The translations under genes were made by a program, and so were the position numbers. Below, piece by piece: positions 7,760-17,412 of a stretch of 64,000 nucleotides of DNA; position 1 is the stretch's first letter; each line of letters begins with the position of its first letter. Source of the DNA: Patescibacteria group bacterium (GTDB lineage Bacteria; Patescibacteriota; Microgenomatia; UBA10105; UBA927); NCBI GenBank assembly GCA_023379025.1, contig JAMCTH010000003.1, positions 169,259 through 233,258 of the forward strand, written 5' to 3'. The notes under the pieces were generated by a model. It saw only the letters and a program-made list of their open reading frames with translations. It did no database searches and was not told the origin of the DNA.

Positions 7760-9469
7760 TCAATAATGGATATCCTTGATTTTGAGCTGGAGTTTCCGGC
7801 TGCCGTTCCAGACGTTCATGTCGATGGTATAGGCGACATCGATCTGCTGACCGGGCTCAAGCTTCCCATACAGGGAGCCGAAGGAAAACGCGATGGCATC
7901 GAAAGAAACATTACTCAATTGTTTCATTGTTACATCGTCAGAGGAAAGCCGTAGTTTAAGATGTTTCCCATCGTTCCCCACTAATCTTGTATCCAGCACT
8001 TTCACCTTCTTTGAAACGAATACCGGCTCCGGATTACCGAATCCGAACGGCGCAAGCGCCTGAAGTTCCTGCCAAAGCTCTGGCGTAACCAGGGACAGCG
8101 GTATCTCCATATCTATCCGGAGCGTCCGTCTGAGCATGTCTTCGTCTATAGTGCGTTCCGCAATATCCGTTAACCGTTTCTTCAATAGTTCAAGATTTTT
8201 TGTCTCTATGGTAAATCCCGCGGCCATCGGGTGTCCTCCGGCATCCACCAAAATATCACTGCATTGCCGGATGCTCTCGATGATGTTAAACCCGGGAATT
8301 GACCGTGCGGACGCTTTGGATACAAGTTCTCCCCGGGACACGACGACCGCGGGGCGCCAGTACTCTTCGGTAAGCCTGCCTGCGACAAGCCCGATAATCC
8401 CCTGGTTATACTCCCCGTGGGCAACAAAAATGAGCTTCCTGAGCGTCTTCGGTACCAAACCCCGCGCATGAAGCGTCGTATCCATGGTCATCTGCTGCCT
8501 CTCCCTGTTTGTCAGCCCGAGCTTTTTTGCAAGCAATTCCGATTTCTCAGCATTATGCGTACAAAGAAGCCGGAGCGCATCCAATGCGTGCTCTATCCTG
8601 CCGGCTGCATTAAGCCTAGGAGCAATCATATGCGATATCTCATACGTTCCTATTGATTTCTGATCTAATCCTGCTTCGGAAATAAGCGCGGCAAGCCCAA
8701 CTCTTCGAATGCTTCTTAGAGCTTCCAGTCCAAATTTTGCGATACTTCTATTCGGACCGGTAAGCGGGAGAAGATCCGCGATTGTCCCGATTGCCGAAAG
8801 TGCCAATAGTTCGTCTGTAAATTCCTTATCCGAAGTCAGGGTCAGACCTTTCTCTTTTAAGGTCTGACCCTGCAGAAGTTCGTGGCAAACAAACCAGGAG
8901 ACACCGGCTCCGGATAGTTTTGTCGTATGAACAATCGTACACTCCGGCAATGTTTTTGGTTTAACGTGATGGTCGGTAACGATAACATCTATTCCCTTCT
9001 CCTTTGCATAGGCAACCTTCTCCCGTGCCGTTATACCATGATCAACGGTAATGATGAGCGTCGGACGAAAGTTCTCGATTACCGAGTCTAGTCCCTTTAT
9101 CGATAATCCATATCCTTCCTCTACCCGATGAGGAATATACGGCATGACCCTTGCCCCGAGACTGTGGAGCGTTTCCCACATGACCGCACCTGCCGTGATA
9201 CCGTCAGCATCATAATCTGCGTACACCACGATAGATTCCTTGTTTTGTATAGCTTTTTCTATGCGCCTCATGGCGCCTGCTAATACCCGGGCATCGATAT
9301 CGACATCTTTTGCCGTAAGGCGGGAGGGATTCAGGGGACTCAGAAATGCTGCAGTGACTCTTGTCGTTTTGAGACCTCTATTGTTAAGTAAAATTCTGAT
9401 AACCTCTTTATTTGTGATTTGAGATTTGTGATTTATGATTTTCCCAACGACGTCCCACTTCCTATCCAT
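7760..9469 (-). CDS. recJ: ssDNA exonuclease RecJ
   Basis: DYDADG, TVDHG, TDHH, PRLNAAGR and GGHPMAAG motifs. Start trimmed to MDRKW at 9469. Confidence 0.95.
   Translation of the reverse strand: MDRKWDVVGKIINHKSQITNKEVIRILLNNRGLKTTRVTAAFLSPLNPSRLTAKDVDIDARVLAGAMRRIEKAIQNKESIVVYADYDADGITAGAVMWETLHSLGARVMPYIPHRVEEGYGLSIKGLDSVIENFRPTLIITVDHGITAREKVAYAKEKGIDVIVTDHHVKPKTLPECTIVHTTKLSGAGVSWFVCHELLQGQTLKEKGLTLTSDKEFTDELLALSAIGTIADLLPLTGPNRSIAKFGLEALRSIRRVGLAALISEAGLDQKSIGTYEISHMIAPRLNAAGRIEHALDALRLLCTHNAEKSELLAKKLGLTNRERQQMTMDTTLHARGLVPKTLRKLIFVAHGEYNQGIIGLVAGRLTEEYWRPAVVVSRGELVSKASARSIPGFNIIESIRQCSDILVDAGGHPMAAGFTIETKNLELLKKRLTDIAERTIDEDMLRRTLRIDMEIPLSLVTPELWQELQALAPFGFGNPEPVFVSKKVKVLDTRLVGNDGKHLKLRLSSDDVTMKQLSNVSFDAIAFSFGSLYGKLEPGQQIDVAYTIDMNVWNGSRKLQLKIKDIHY
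8837..8872. repeat. Perfect 14-bp inverted repeat inside recJ
   Basis: CAGGGTCAGACCTT-TCTCTTTT-AAGGTCTGACCCTG. Confidence 0.9.
9410..9442. repeat. Heptamer array in-frame in the recJ N-terminus
   Basis: ATTTGTG ATTTGAG ATTTGTG ATTTATG; encodes KIINHKSQITN. Confidence 0.8.
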
Positions 9470-9487
9470 ACAGGGTATAATACCAGT
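9470..9487. promoter_or_regulatory. Overlapping bidirectional -10 elements for leaderless recJ and cca
   Basis: Plus strand: TATAAT-6 nt-ATG9488. Minus strand: TGG-TATTAT-7 nt-ATG9469. Confidence 0.65.
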
Positions 9488-10858
9488 ATGCAACGCCTCC
9501 CTCAACCTGCCCAGAACATCATCGATACCCTCAAAAAAAAGGGCTATGAAGCCTACGCCGTCGGCGGCTCGGTCCGCGACCTTATCATGAAACGACCGAC
9601 GAAAGGCTGGGACTTTACGACCGACGCGACACCGGAACAAATACTGGAAGTTTTTCCTGACAGTTTTTATGACAACCAATTCGGTACCGTCGGCATCAAA
9701 CTCTATGAACCCGGTACCGATCCGAAGAACCCGGTGCTTAAGGATATCTATGAGATCACTACATTCCGGAGTGAAAAGGAGTATACGGACCACCGGCATC
9801 CGGATAACATCCTGTGGGGAACCTCGCTTACGGAAGATCTTTCGCGGCGGGACTTCACGATCAATGCCATCGCCTATGACGGCAAAACGGTTACAGACCC
9901 GTATGACGGACAACAAGATCTCGAAGGTCGGTTGATCCGGGCAGTCGGAGAACCTGACAAACGGATCGCGGAAGATGCCCTCCGCATGATGCGTGCGGTG
10001 AGGATCGCTACGGAACTCGGTTTCCTGATTGAGGACCAGACCTCGGCAGCTATCCGGAGCAATGCGAACCTCCTCTCCGGTATATCGGCCGAACGTATCC
10101 GGGATGAACTGCTGAGGATCCTGGGGGCCGAGCACGCCGCTGACGGGATACTGATTCTCAGAAATACCGGCATCCTCAAACAAATCCTTCCGGAGCTGGA
10201 CGCATGTTTCGCCGTACAGCAAAAAAGTCCGAAACGGCATCACATCTATGACGTAGGCACCCATTCCGTCATGGCTCTCAAGTTCTGCCCTTCCGCCGAT
10301 CCGGTCATCCGGCTCGCAACCCTTCTTCACGATATCGGAAAGGCAAAGACGTTCCATAAGGACGGAGAAGGCCTCGTCACCTTCTATAACCATGAAGTCG
10401 CCAGTACAAAACTTGCCCGGAATATTGTCACCCGGCTCAGGTTTTCTAAAAAAGACAGTGAGACCATCCTCACGCTTATCCGCTGGCATCAGTTCAGCGT
10501 CGATGAACGGCAGACAGACAGCGCGCTCCGGCGTTTCATCCGGAGAGTCGGAAAGGAACACCTCAAAGACATACTGGCCCTGCGCATCGGGGACCGCCTC
10601 GGCGGGGGTGCGCAGGAAACGTCATGGCGGCTCGAACTTTATAAAAAACGGCTCGAAGATGTCCAGAAGCAGCCCTTCACCGTTGCCGACCTTAAGGTAA
10701 ACGGCTTTGATGCCATGAAGATGTGTGACGACAAGCCCGGACCACGGATCGGCAAAATTCTGACGGCGTTATTTGGGGAAGTAGAAAAGGGAACTCTTGC
10801 CAATGAGCGGACTGCGCTTCTGTCGCGGATGAAAGATCTGGTTACGAGCATTCACTAA
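9488..10858 (+). CDS. cca: CCA tRNA nucleotidyltransferase with HD domain
   Basis: VGGSVRD, DFTT, RRDFTINA, EDALRMMRAVR, ERIRDEL and LLHDIGK motifs. Confidence 0.92.
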   Translation: MQRLPQPAQNIIDTLKKKGYEAYAVGGSVRDLIMKRPTKGWDFTTDATPEQILEVFPDSFYDNQFGTVGIKLYEPGTDPKNPVLKDIYEITTFRSEKEYTDHRHPDNILWGTSLTEDLSRRDFTINAIAYDGKTVTDPYDGQQDLEGRLIRAVGEPDKRIAEDALRMMRAVRIATELGFLIEDQTSAAIRSNANLLSGISAERIRDELLRILGAEHAADGILILRNTGILKQILPELDACFAVQQKSPKRHHIYDVGTHSVMALKFCPSADPVIRLATLLHDIGKAKTFHKDGEGLVTFYNHEVASTKLARNIVTRLRFSKKDSETILTLIRWHQFSVDERQTDSALRRFIRRVGKEHLKDILALRIGDRLGGGAQETSWRLELYKKRLEDVQKQPFTVADLKVNGFDAMKMCDDKPGPRIGKILTALFGEVEKGTLANERTALLSRMKDLVTSIH

Positions 10859-10878
10859 ACCATGCCTTTATACGGTTT

Positions 10879-11760
10879 TTAACTTTTCTTTTTTTGGTTT
10901 GCCCGGCGGTTCCAGACCAGAAGTACCGGGGTAGCGACAAACGGCGATGAGTAGGTGCCCGAAACCGTTCCGATAAGGAGCGCCACGACAAACCAGTAGG
11001 TCGTCGAGCCGCCGAGAAGAACGAGCGCGAGAAGCATGAAGATGATGGTAAGAGAGTTCGCAGTCGAGCGGCCGATGGTTTCGGTGAGCGCGCGGTCACA
11101 AAGGTCATCAAAAACCATTCTGTCCCCGTATTTCCGGTATTCCCGTATGCGATCGAAAACGACGATCGTATCATGTACGGAAAAGCTCATGGTTGTGAGA
11201 AATGCCGTCACGAACAATGTGTCTACTTCCACATGGAAGAAATGTCCGAACAGCGAAAAACAGCCGAGCACCACAAGAAGGTCATGGGCCAGTGCAACAA
11301 TCGCAGCGACGCCGAACCGGACGTTACGGAACGCATAGGCAACATAACTGAGGATGCCGATGATTGCCAGAAGTGCCGCCGCAAGGGCTTTTGTGAGAAG
11401 TTCTTTTCCAAGGACCGGACCGACCGTTTCATTCCTCAGGATTTTCGGTGCCGGTTTTGTAAGTGTGAGCAGCGTCTCCTCAAATGTCTTCAGTGACGAA
11501 TCCTGTTCCGGCTTAAGGCGCAGAAGATATGTCCCTCCCTGTGACTGCTGAATACTCGAGAGCGTAACTTTCGCATTTCCGGCCAGAATCATAAACATCT
11601 GATCCGTAACCGGTTTGGGAACACTCACTTCAAGGAGTGTGCCGCCGGTAAAATCTATGGCAGGCACGAGCCCCCAGCGTACGAGAGAGTACATTCCGGG
11701 CACCAAAACAAGTGCTGACAGCAGAAAATATATCCAGAGATATTTACTGAATCGGATCAT
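10879..11760 (-). CDS. secF: Protein translocase subunit SecF
   Basis: IDFTGGT, VGPVLG and SVHDTIVVFDRIRE motifs. Confidence 0.95.
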   Translation of the reverse strand: MIRFSKYLWIYFLLSALVLVPGMYSLVRWGLVPAIDFTGGTLLEVSVPKPVTDQMFMILAGNAKVTLSSIQQSQGGTYLLRLKPEQDSSLKTFEETLLTLTKPAPKILRNETVGPVLGKELLTKALAAALLAIIGILSYVAYAFRNVRFGVAAIVALAHDLLVVLGCFSLFGHFFHVEVDTLFVTAFLTTMSFSVHDTIVVFDRIREYRKYGDRMVFDDLCDRALTETIGRSTANSLTIIFMLLALVLLGGSTTYWFVVALLIGTVSGTYSSPFVATPVLLVWNRRANQKKKS

Positions 11761-11807
11761 GGGTTCACCACTCCCTTCCGTCACAGGACATGCAATCCTC
11801 CCCGTTT

Positions 11808-13175
11808 TTACGTAGTTTTTTCATGATAGAGCACTCGGATAAATGTCCGGGTTACGATAATCCCGGTAAAAAGGCTCGTCACGACACCGATAAGAAGTGT
11901 TATGGCAAATCCCCGGACCAGTCCCGAATCAGGGAGGAGCGACCAGTTGCCGGGATTGTAGAGGATGATGCAGGTCAGGATGGTCGTAAGATTTGCGTCC
12001 CGGATACTGTCCCATGCCCGTCCAAAGCCGAGTTCCATCGCAATACCCGCTGACTTACCGCGCCTTTTTTCTTCGTGGTACCGCTCAAAGATCAGGATGT
12101 TGGCATCGACCGCCATACCGATAGACAGGATAAATCCTGCAATACCAGGCAACGTCAGTGTGACCGGAATAAGCCGGAATACCGCAAAGGTGATCAGACC
12201 GTAGAGGAAAAGGGCCATGTCTGCCAGAAATCCCAGCATGCCGTATTTGGCAATCATAAATGCCGCAACGATGAGAAGCCCTATGGCACCCGCACGGACG
12301 CTCTCTATCACCGACCGTGTTCCGAGTGTCGCACCGACCGTCCGTTTTTCTATGACGTGGACGGGAACGGGAAGTGCGCCTGCATTAAGCTGCAGCGCAA
12401 GCGTCTTTGCCTGATCCTGGGTAAATCCGCCGGTAATGACCGCCTGCCCGTCCGTAATCGGCGTGTTCACCCGCGGCCAGGTAAGCGGCTCATTATCCAG
12501 AAATATGGCAAGTTTTTTGTTGACCAGCCGGTTCGTGACCTCCCCGAATTTCCTGGCTCCGGAGGGGGTAAACGTGATCCCCACCTCCGGCTCGCCCGTC
12601 TGCGAGCTGAACTGGAGCTGAGCACTCTCGAGGTCTTTTCCTGTAATCCCCACGGATTCCGTATTGGTGAGAAGCGGAATGACAAATGCATCCGACGTAG
12701 CCTCTTTGGGATTGGTAAATTCACGGAACTCAAGCTTTGCCGTCTGCCCGATAAGGCCGATTGCCTGGTCCACATCCGATATGCCGGGAAGCTCTACAAT
12801 AATCCGGTAACTGCCGTTTTCATGCGCGGTCTGAACCACCGGCTCCGACACTCCGAACAGGTTTACCCGTCTTGAGATGACCTGGCTTGCGGAATCCAGA
12901 GCGCTCGTACGGTCTGCCGGATTGATGTCTTTCATATCCGCTTCAAGAACAATGTGCGTTCCACCCGACAGATCAAGACCCAAATGCGTACGGATCTCTT
13001 TTTGTACGGTAAGTCCGAAAAGGGAAAAAGATATATTCGGCGGATTGATGACGCGGTCTATTGTTATCGGTCCGGCCTGAAACTTCAGATGGTAATGCTC
13101 CGGCAGATCAATGACCGCACAGATGACGGCGAGAACGAGAAGCAGGATAAATACGCGTCTGGGATTTCGAAACAT
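11808..13175 (-). CDS. secD: Protein translocase subunit SecD
   Basis: LGLDLSGG, AGALPVP and GMAVDANILIFER motifs. Confidence 0.95.
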   Translation of the reverse strand: MFRNPRRVFILLLVLAVICAVIDLPEHYHLKFQAGPITIDRVINPPNISFSLFGLTVQKEIRTHLGLDLSGGTHIVLEADMKDINPADRTSALDSASQVISRRVNLFGVSEPVVQTAHENGSYRIIVELPGISDVDQAIGLIGQTAKLEFREFTNPKEATSDAFVIPLLTNTESVGITGKDLESAQLQFSSQTGEPEVGITFTPSGARKFGEVTNRLVNKKLAIFLDNEPLTWPRVNTPITDGQAVITGGFTQDQAKTLALQLNAGALPVPVHVIEKRTVGATLGTRSVIESVRAGAIGLLIVAAFMIAKYGMLGFLADMALFLYGLITFAVFRLIPVTLTLPGIAGFILSIGMAVDANILIFERYHEEKRRGKSAGIAMELGFGRAWDSIRDANLTTILTCIILYNPGNWSLLPDSGLVRGFAITLLIGVVTSLFTGIIVTRTFIRVLYHEKTT

Positions 13176-13181
13176 GGGATA

Positions 13182-13760
13182 TCAGCTCACGAGATCTTCT
13201 TCATCTCCGATAATCATAACACGTGATCCCTCAAGGACGGAAAGGACAAACGGATCCCGGCGGCGCTTGCGGAACGCAAACTCTTCTTCCGTCATCACGG
13301 TGTAATTGATTTCGCGGTCGTGCCTGCCCTCCTCCGCCTTAACAAGAAGCGATAACTCAGGCAGGACAACGGTGCCGACGATCAGCAGATCAACATCGTT
13401 GGTTCCTTTTCTGGGGAGATGACGGAGATACCGTCCGGAAAGCATGGCAAACCTGAGTTTGCCGAGTTTTGATTTATTTTTTATGATATCCCTGCCAATA
13501 CCTGAAGACTTTGCCGTCAGTTCCAGAAGTTCCGGGTACAGCGGGTAGTCTTTGCGGAATGCATAAAACAAACGGTTTGCCCGCTGCTCCTTCGTGAGCA
13601 TGCCGGCTTTTTCCATATGCGCAAGTTCCCGCCGGACCGCATTGATCTCCTCGCCGACCTTGCGCACGATATCGCGGACATGAAAAATCTGGCCGGGATG
13701 GGAAAGGAAGAGGGTAAGAATTTTTACCCGGACCCTGGAAATAATGATGTCTTCCAGCAT
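13182..13760 (-). CDS. Winged-helix domain plus degenerate nucleotidyltransferase-like domain protein
   Basis: N-terminal HTH (HVRDIVRKVGEEINAVRREL); DVDLLIVG and REINYTVM in the C-terminal half. Confidence 0.7.
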   Translation of the reverse strand: MLEDIIISRVRVKILTLFLSHPGQIFHVRDIVRKVGEEINAVRRELAHMEKAGMLTKEQRANRLFYAFRKDYPLYPELLELTAKSSGIGRDIIKNKSKLGKLRFAMLSGRYLRHLPRKGTNDVDLLIVGTVVLPELSLLVKAEEGRHDREINYTVMTEEEFAFRKRRRDPFVLSVLEGSRVMIIGDEEDLVS

Positions 13761-13793
13761 ATCTTCTTCATGGGGCAGGAGAATTTCAATACG

Positions 13794-14969
13794 TTAGTAA
13801 TGTATTTTCGTTCCGGTCGGCAGCATCTCTATCCAGATCTGCCCGCGGTTAAAACTGACCTCGCGTCCCGTGCCGTCATAAAAAAGCGTCCGGGCATTCC
13901 TGTCCGGCTTCTTCCAGGTCCCCTGGACGGTCTTTCCGTCTTCAAACACGACGGCATCACCGCTGCCGACATCCGCATAGAGAAGATGTCCGTGTCCGTC
14001 CACCGGACCCGTTTCTTTGGCGAAAAGGATAACGACATCTTTTGCCGTCAACTGCTGTTTCGTTTCGAGGTCCGTCTGCGGCTGTCCGCCGTTATACCGC
14101 TTGTACGTATTGGTTGCCCGGTCATACACCCATTGCACCCCGTACCCGCTCTCATACCCCGGCCAGGCGACAAAACTGGCGGAAAACGATGCGGGCCGGT
14201 CCGAAAGGGCTGCGTCATCTTTGAATTTCCACCCGGTGAAATGGGCATCCCAGGAAATGCCGCTCGCATCAACATTCGTCCATCCGCGCTCCGCGGCCAG
14301 GGAATAGAGTTTGTCCGAAACACACACCATCGTGTGCTCCGTTGCGACAGGGTGATCCAGACGATCGTAGTTACGGTAACAGGTCGGAAAGGAAATACCG
14401 AACTGATCCATGTTTTTGATTTTCCACTGCTGGATCTGGCAGAGTGCCTTGGCACGTTCGTCTACCGTCGGATCATCGCAGTTTCCTGCCCCTCCGACGT
14501 GGTTGTAGAGCGCGTCATACTCAAGTACCCAGGGAAGAAAGTAGGTCCTCGCGCTTCGGACCGGAGCCAGGTTTACACTCTTGGCAGCAGCGCCGCAGTA
14601 AAAAATGCCCATGAATCTGGTGATACCCCCTTCTGCAACCGCCTCATACACCACGTCGGCTGATGATAAACCCGACTGAGGCCGTGCGTCCTGGTGATTC
14701 TCTATCATGACCGCAAGAGGACGGCGCTTGCTCCAGATATCCTTTTCCTGCTGGGTAAAATACGCGCCGTTGATAGGGCATGCCGCCGTCTTGGGGGCGT
14801 TCGGATCTATAGTAAAATGACTCTGGGGTCCGGAACTTCCTGCGGGAGTCTGCACCTCAGCCACCGGCTTTTTGACGAAATAGCTGAATCCTGCAAACGA
14901 AAGTCCGGTTGCCACAAGGTAGAGGGCAAGACCGATGATCACCGAAGAGACGAATTTGGTTTTATTCAT
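13794..14969 (-). CDS. DUF3048-family exported protein
   Basis: RPLAVMIENH, ARPQSGLSSADVVYE, EGGITR and PVRSAR; N-terminal TM. Confidence 0.85.
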   Translation of the reverse strand: MNKTKFVSSVIIGLALYLVATGLSFAGFSYFVKKPVAEVQTPAGSSGPQSHFTIDPNAPKTAACPINGAYFTQQEKDIWSKRRPLAVMIENHQDARPQSGLSSADVVYEAVAEGGITRFMGIFYCGAAAKSVNLAPVRSARTYFLPWVLEYDALYNHVGGAGNCDDPTVDERAKALCQIQQWKIKNMDQFGISFPTCYRNYDRLDHPVATEHTMVCVSDKLYSLAAERGWTNVDASGISWDAHFTGWKFKDDAALSDRPASFSASFVAWPGYESGYGVQWVYDRATNTYKRYNGGQPQTDLETKQQLTAKDVVILFAKETGPVDGHGHLLYADVGSGDAVVFEDGKTVQGTWKKPDRNARTLFYDGTGREVSFNRGQIWIEMLPTGTKIHY

Positions 14970-14981
14970 AGCATAGCCCTG

Positions 14982-15452
14982 TCATGAAACCGCCGATGCA
15001 TGTCTTATTGCCGACTGTTCTTCCTTTGATAATTCAAGCTCTTTCCCTTTCCCTCCGCTAATTTCTTTAATATACCACCGATTGCCGGTTCTGGCATAGA
15101 GGGAAGTGATCACAATCCCGTTATCATGCCCGTCCATGAGTGCAAGGGAAAAACTCTGCGACCCGCCGGTATCGGAAAACGGATTAAACCGGACGATACC
15201 GAGTTTCTGGATGTGGAAGGCATCGTTGTAGGCCAATTGCTTTATCATGCGGCTCAGGTCCAACATGCTTTTTTTGTGTGCCTCCTGGGTCGAGGTGAGT
15301 CTGTTCAGAACTTCCGTAAGACCCGTCCTGGTGACGCCACGGGTTAATCCGTTGTAGTGCGCTGCGATACGGAAAATCCAGACAGTCAATACCGCAAGCC
15401 ACACAAAGATACCGGCGATGAGAAGCGTAGTTTCCACGGCTGAAATGAACAC
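14982..15452 (-). CDS. DUF4446-family protein
   Basis: N-terminal TM; GIVRFNPFSDTGGSQSFSLA and LSKEE. Confidence 0.8.
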   Translation of the reverse strand: MFISAVETTLLIAGIFVWLAVLTVWIFRIAAHYNGLTRGVTRTGLTEVLNRLTSTQEAHKKSMLDLSRMIKQLAYNDAFHIQKLGIVRFNPFSDTGGSQSFSLALMDGHDNGIVITSLYARTGNRWYIKEISGGKGKELELSKEEQSAIRHASAVS

Positions 15453-15597
15453 CTCTGGTATCCATCATACTACGATCCGGTATCCCGGTTGTCAATCGAA
15501 ATAATCTGCCGTTGGCCCTAGCGGATATTTGACAAGCTGCTTGAAGCTATGCTACGCTCAAGCGCACGGGGCCGGAAACAGAACATTTACTCTCCGT

Positions 15598-15906
15598 ATG
15601 CCGAAAAAAACAAAAAAAGAAAAAATAATTGCGGAGTATCGCCGTAAACTTCAACAGGTAGGGCATACAATGCAGTCTTCTCCGGTTACACCATCCGAAC
15701 GGCCCCTTCCTTCCAAACCCCAGGAGACAGACACCGGTCTGCATTTCAGGTTCCGGCAGCACCATACTTCTGCTCCGGGTGTTCAGGCAGCCCAAACGGA
15801 CATGACCGAACTCAGAAGTATAAAGCTCGATCTGCTCAAAACATGTATCCTGGCAGGAGCGGCTGTCGCGATCGAATTCATGCTGTACTGGAAACTTCGC
15901 GTCTGA
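15598..15906 (+). CDS. Hypothetical protein with C-terminal TM helix
   Basis: MPKKTKKEKIIAEYRR...DLLKTCILAGAAVAIEFMLYW; TTGACA at 15529 upstream. Confidence 0.7.
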   Translation: MPKKTKKEKIIAEYRRKLQQVGHTMQSSPVTPSERPLPSKPQETDTGLHFRFRQHHTSAPGVQAAQTDMTELRSIKLDLLKTCILAGAAVAIEFMLYWKLRV

Positions 15907-15956
15907 CCGGGGTATTGATTGGCAGTTCTGCTCATGAAGGGAGGTGAATAAACACT

Positions 15957-16097
15957 ATGGCATCCATGTACTGTGTGAAATGCCGCGCCAAACGGGATGA
16001 TCCCAATGCGGTAAAAGTCACCATGAAAAACGGTAAACCCGCAATGAAAGGCAAATGCCCGGTTTGCGGAACGGGAATGTATAAAATCGGTGGCTAA
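15957..16097 (+). CDS. 46-aa basic zinc-ribbon protein (DUF5679-like)
   Basis: Hand translation: MASMYCVKCRAKRDDPNAVKVTMKNGKPAMKGKCPVCGTGMYKIGG; SD GGAGGTG. Below the ORF-track length cutoff. Confidence 0.88.
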   Translation: MASMYCVKCRAKRDDPNAVKVTMKNGKPAMKGKCPVCGTGMYKIGG

Positions 16098-16127
16098 ATT
16101 TTTTTGCAAAAGAATTTTTCTGTCCGT

Positions 16128-16153
16128 AAAACCCCGCTCGCGAGCGGGGTTTT
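16128..16153 (+). terminator. Intrinsic terminator, possibly bidirectional
   Basis: AAAACCCCGCTC-GC-GAGCGGGGTTTT. Confidence 0.8.
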
Positions 16154-16194
16154 CCATGCCGCGCGGCGTTTGAAAACGATTTATAATAGATTCC

Positions 16195-17412
16195 GTGAAC
16201 CGGAAATTTCCCGCAGCAGTCCTTTCGGCCGCATTGTTTCTGGGGTTTTTCCTTTTTTACCGGTCGCGGATCACCGGCAACACCGTCCTCTTCTTTACGG
16301 ATGAAGCCTACTGGGTAAGTACCGCAAACATCGTACCGGTCCTCCTCCGGGGCCGGTTCAGCGACCGCTTCTGGAACGAGTATTACGGATTTACCAACTT
16401 CAACGGCGCCAAATTCATATTCGGCATAGCGCTCCGGATCCTTCCGCATGGCGACCCGTCCCTGGCCGGCACCGCTCCCATGACCTACTACAGATGGGTG
16501 CCGTACGATGGCCGGCCCTTCCCCCGCGGAAACCCGTTCTACGCTTCATTGACTGATGCGCGGCTCACAAGCGCGTGGTTTGCCGCCGGAGCGGTCGCGG
16601 CTTTGGCCGTACTCACGTACCTGGCAAGCGGATCGCTTTGGGCCATGGTACTTGCGGGAGCAATCCTTGGCATGCATCCGATTACGGCCTATGCCGCCGA
16701 ACACGCGTTTGCCGACAGTTTCCTCCTGTTTTTTGAGGTGCTGTTTCTCCTGTCGCTTGCCGTCCCGTTTCGCACGAACGGCAACGCACCGGAGGGCCGG
16801 TATGCGCTCATAAGCGGCATCCTCATCGGAATCCTCACGGCAATAAAGCTTAATGCCCTCCTCTTCCTTCCGGTTTACGGCGTATGGACGGGAACGGCCA
16901 TCGCGCTTTCGGACGGCGGCCGCAGCCCCGATACTTGGGGGATGAGGGTCTTCCGGGCGCTTTGCACTGCCGCGGCTGCTGCCGGATTCACGTTTCTCCT
17001 CCTTGAACCCAACCTCTTCTTTTACCCCGGGCTCCCGCTTGGGGCGATGATCGAAGGAAGACTGAGGATTACCCGGGAACATATCGCGTACTTCGGAAGA
17101 CTTACGCCTTCCCACGTACTCCTGACCGTTCCGGCGAGACTCCGTTCCCTGGCCGGACGGGTGTTTCCTCCGTGGATGCTGGTCCTGACGCTTGCCGGAG
17201 CCGGAGCGCTCACCGGCGCACTCCTGCGCCGGTCACGGAACATCCCCTTCCTCATCCTGTTTCTTGTGTCAGGAACCGTAACGGGCGGCATCATGCTTTC
17301 CTACATCGTCTTTGACGAACCGCGGTATTATCTGCCGATCCTGCCGTTTCTCATCGCCGCCTGCATCTGCGCTATCGCGGCGGCGGGCAAACCGCTACCC
17401 GAACGCGGCTGA
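16195..17412 (+). CDS. Multi-pass membrane protein, GT-C glycosyltransferase-like
   Basis: DE motif after TM1 (FTDEAYW), about 10 hydrophobic helices, and EPRYYLP. Confidence 0.7.
   Translation: MNRKFPAAVLSAALFLGFFLFYRSRITGNTVLFFTDEAYWVSTANIVPVLLRGRFSDRFWNEYYGFTNFNGAKFIFGIALRILPHGDPSLAGTAPMTYYRWVPYDGRPFPRGNPFYASLTDARLTSAWFAAGAVAALAVLTYLASGSLWAMVLAGAILGMHPITAYAAEHAFADSFLLFFEVLFLLSLAVPFRTNGNAPEGRYALISGILIGILTAIKLNALLFLPVYGVWTGTAIALSDGGRSPDTWGMRVFRALCTAAAAAGFTFLLLEPNLFFYPGLPLGAMIEGRLRITREHIAYFGRLTPSHVLLTVPARLRSLAGRVFPPWMLVLTLAGAGALTGALLRRSRNIPFLILFLVSGTVTGGIMLSYIVFDEPRYYLPILPFLIAACICAIAAAGKPLPERG

Noticed and set aside
9470-10561. 933-aa RecJ with a long N-terminal extension in the ORF track
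   Set aside because: The extension is the antisense of cca. RecJ-like sequence and a -10 element point to a start at 9469.
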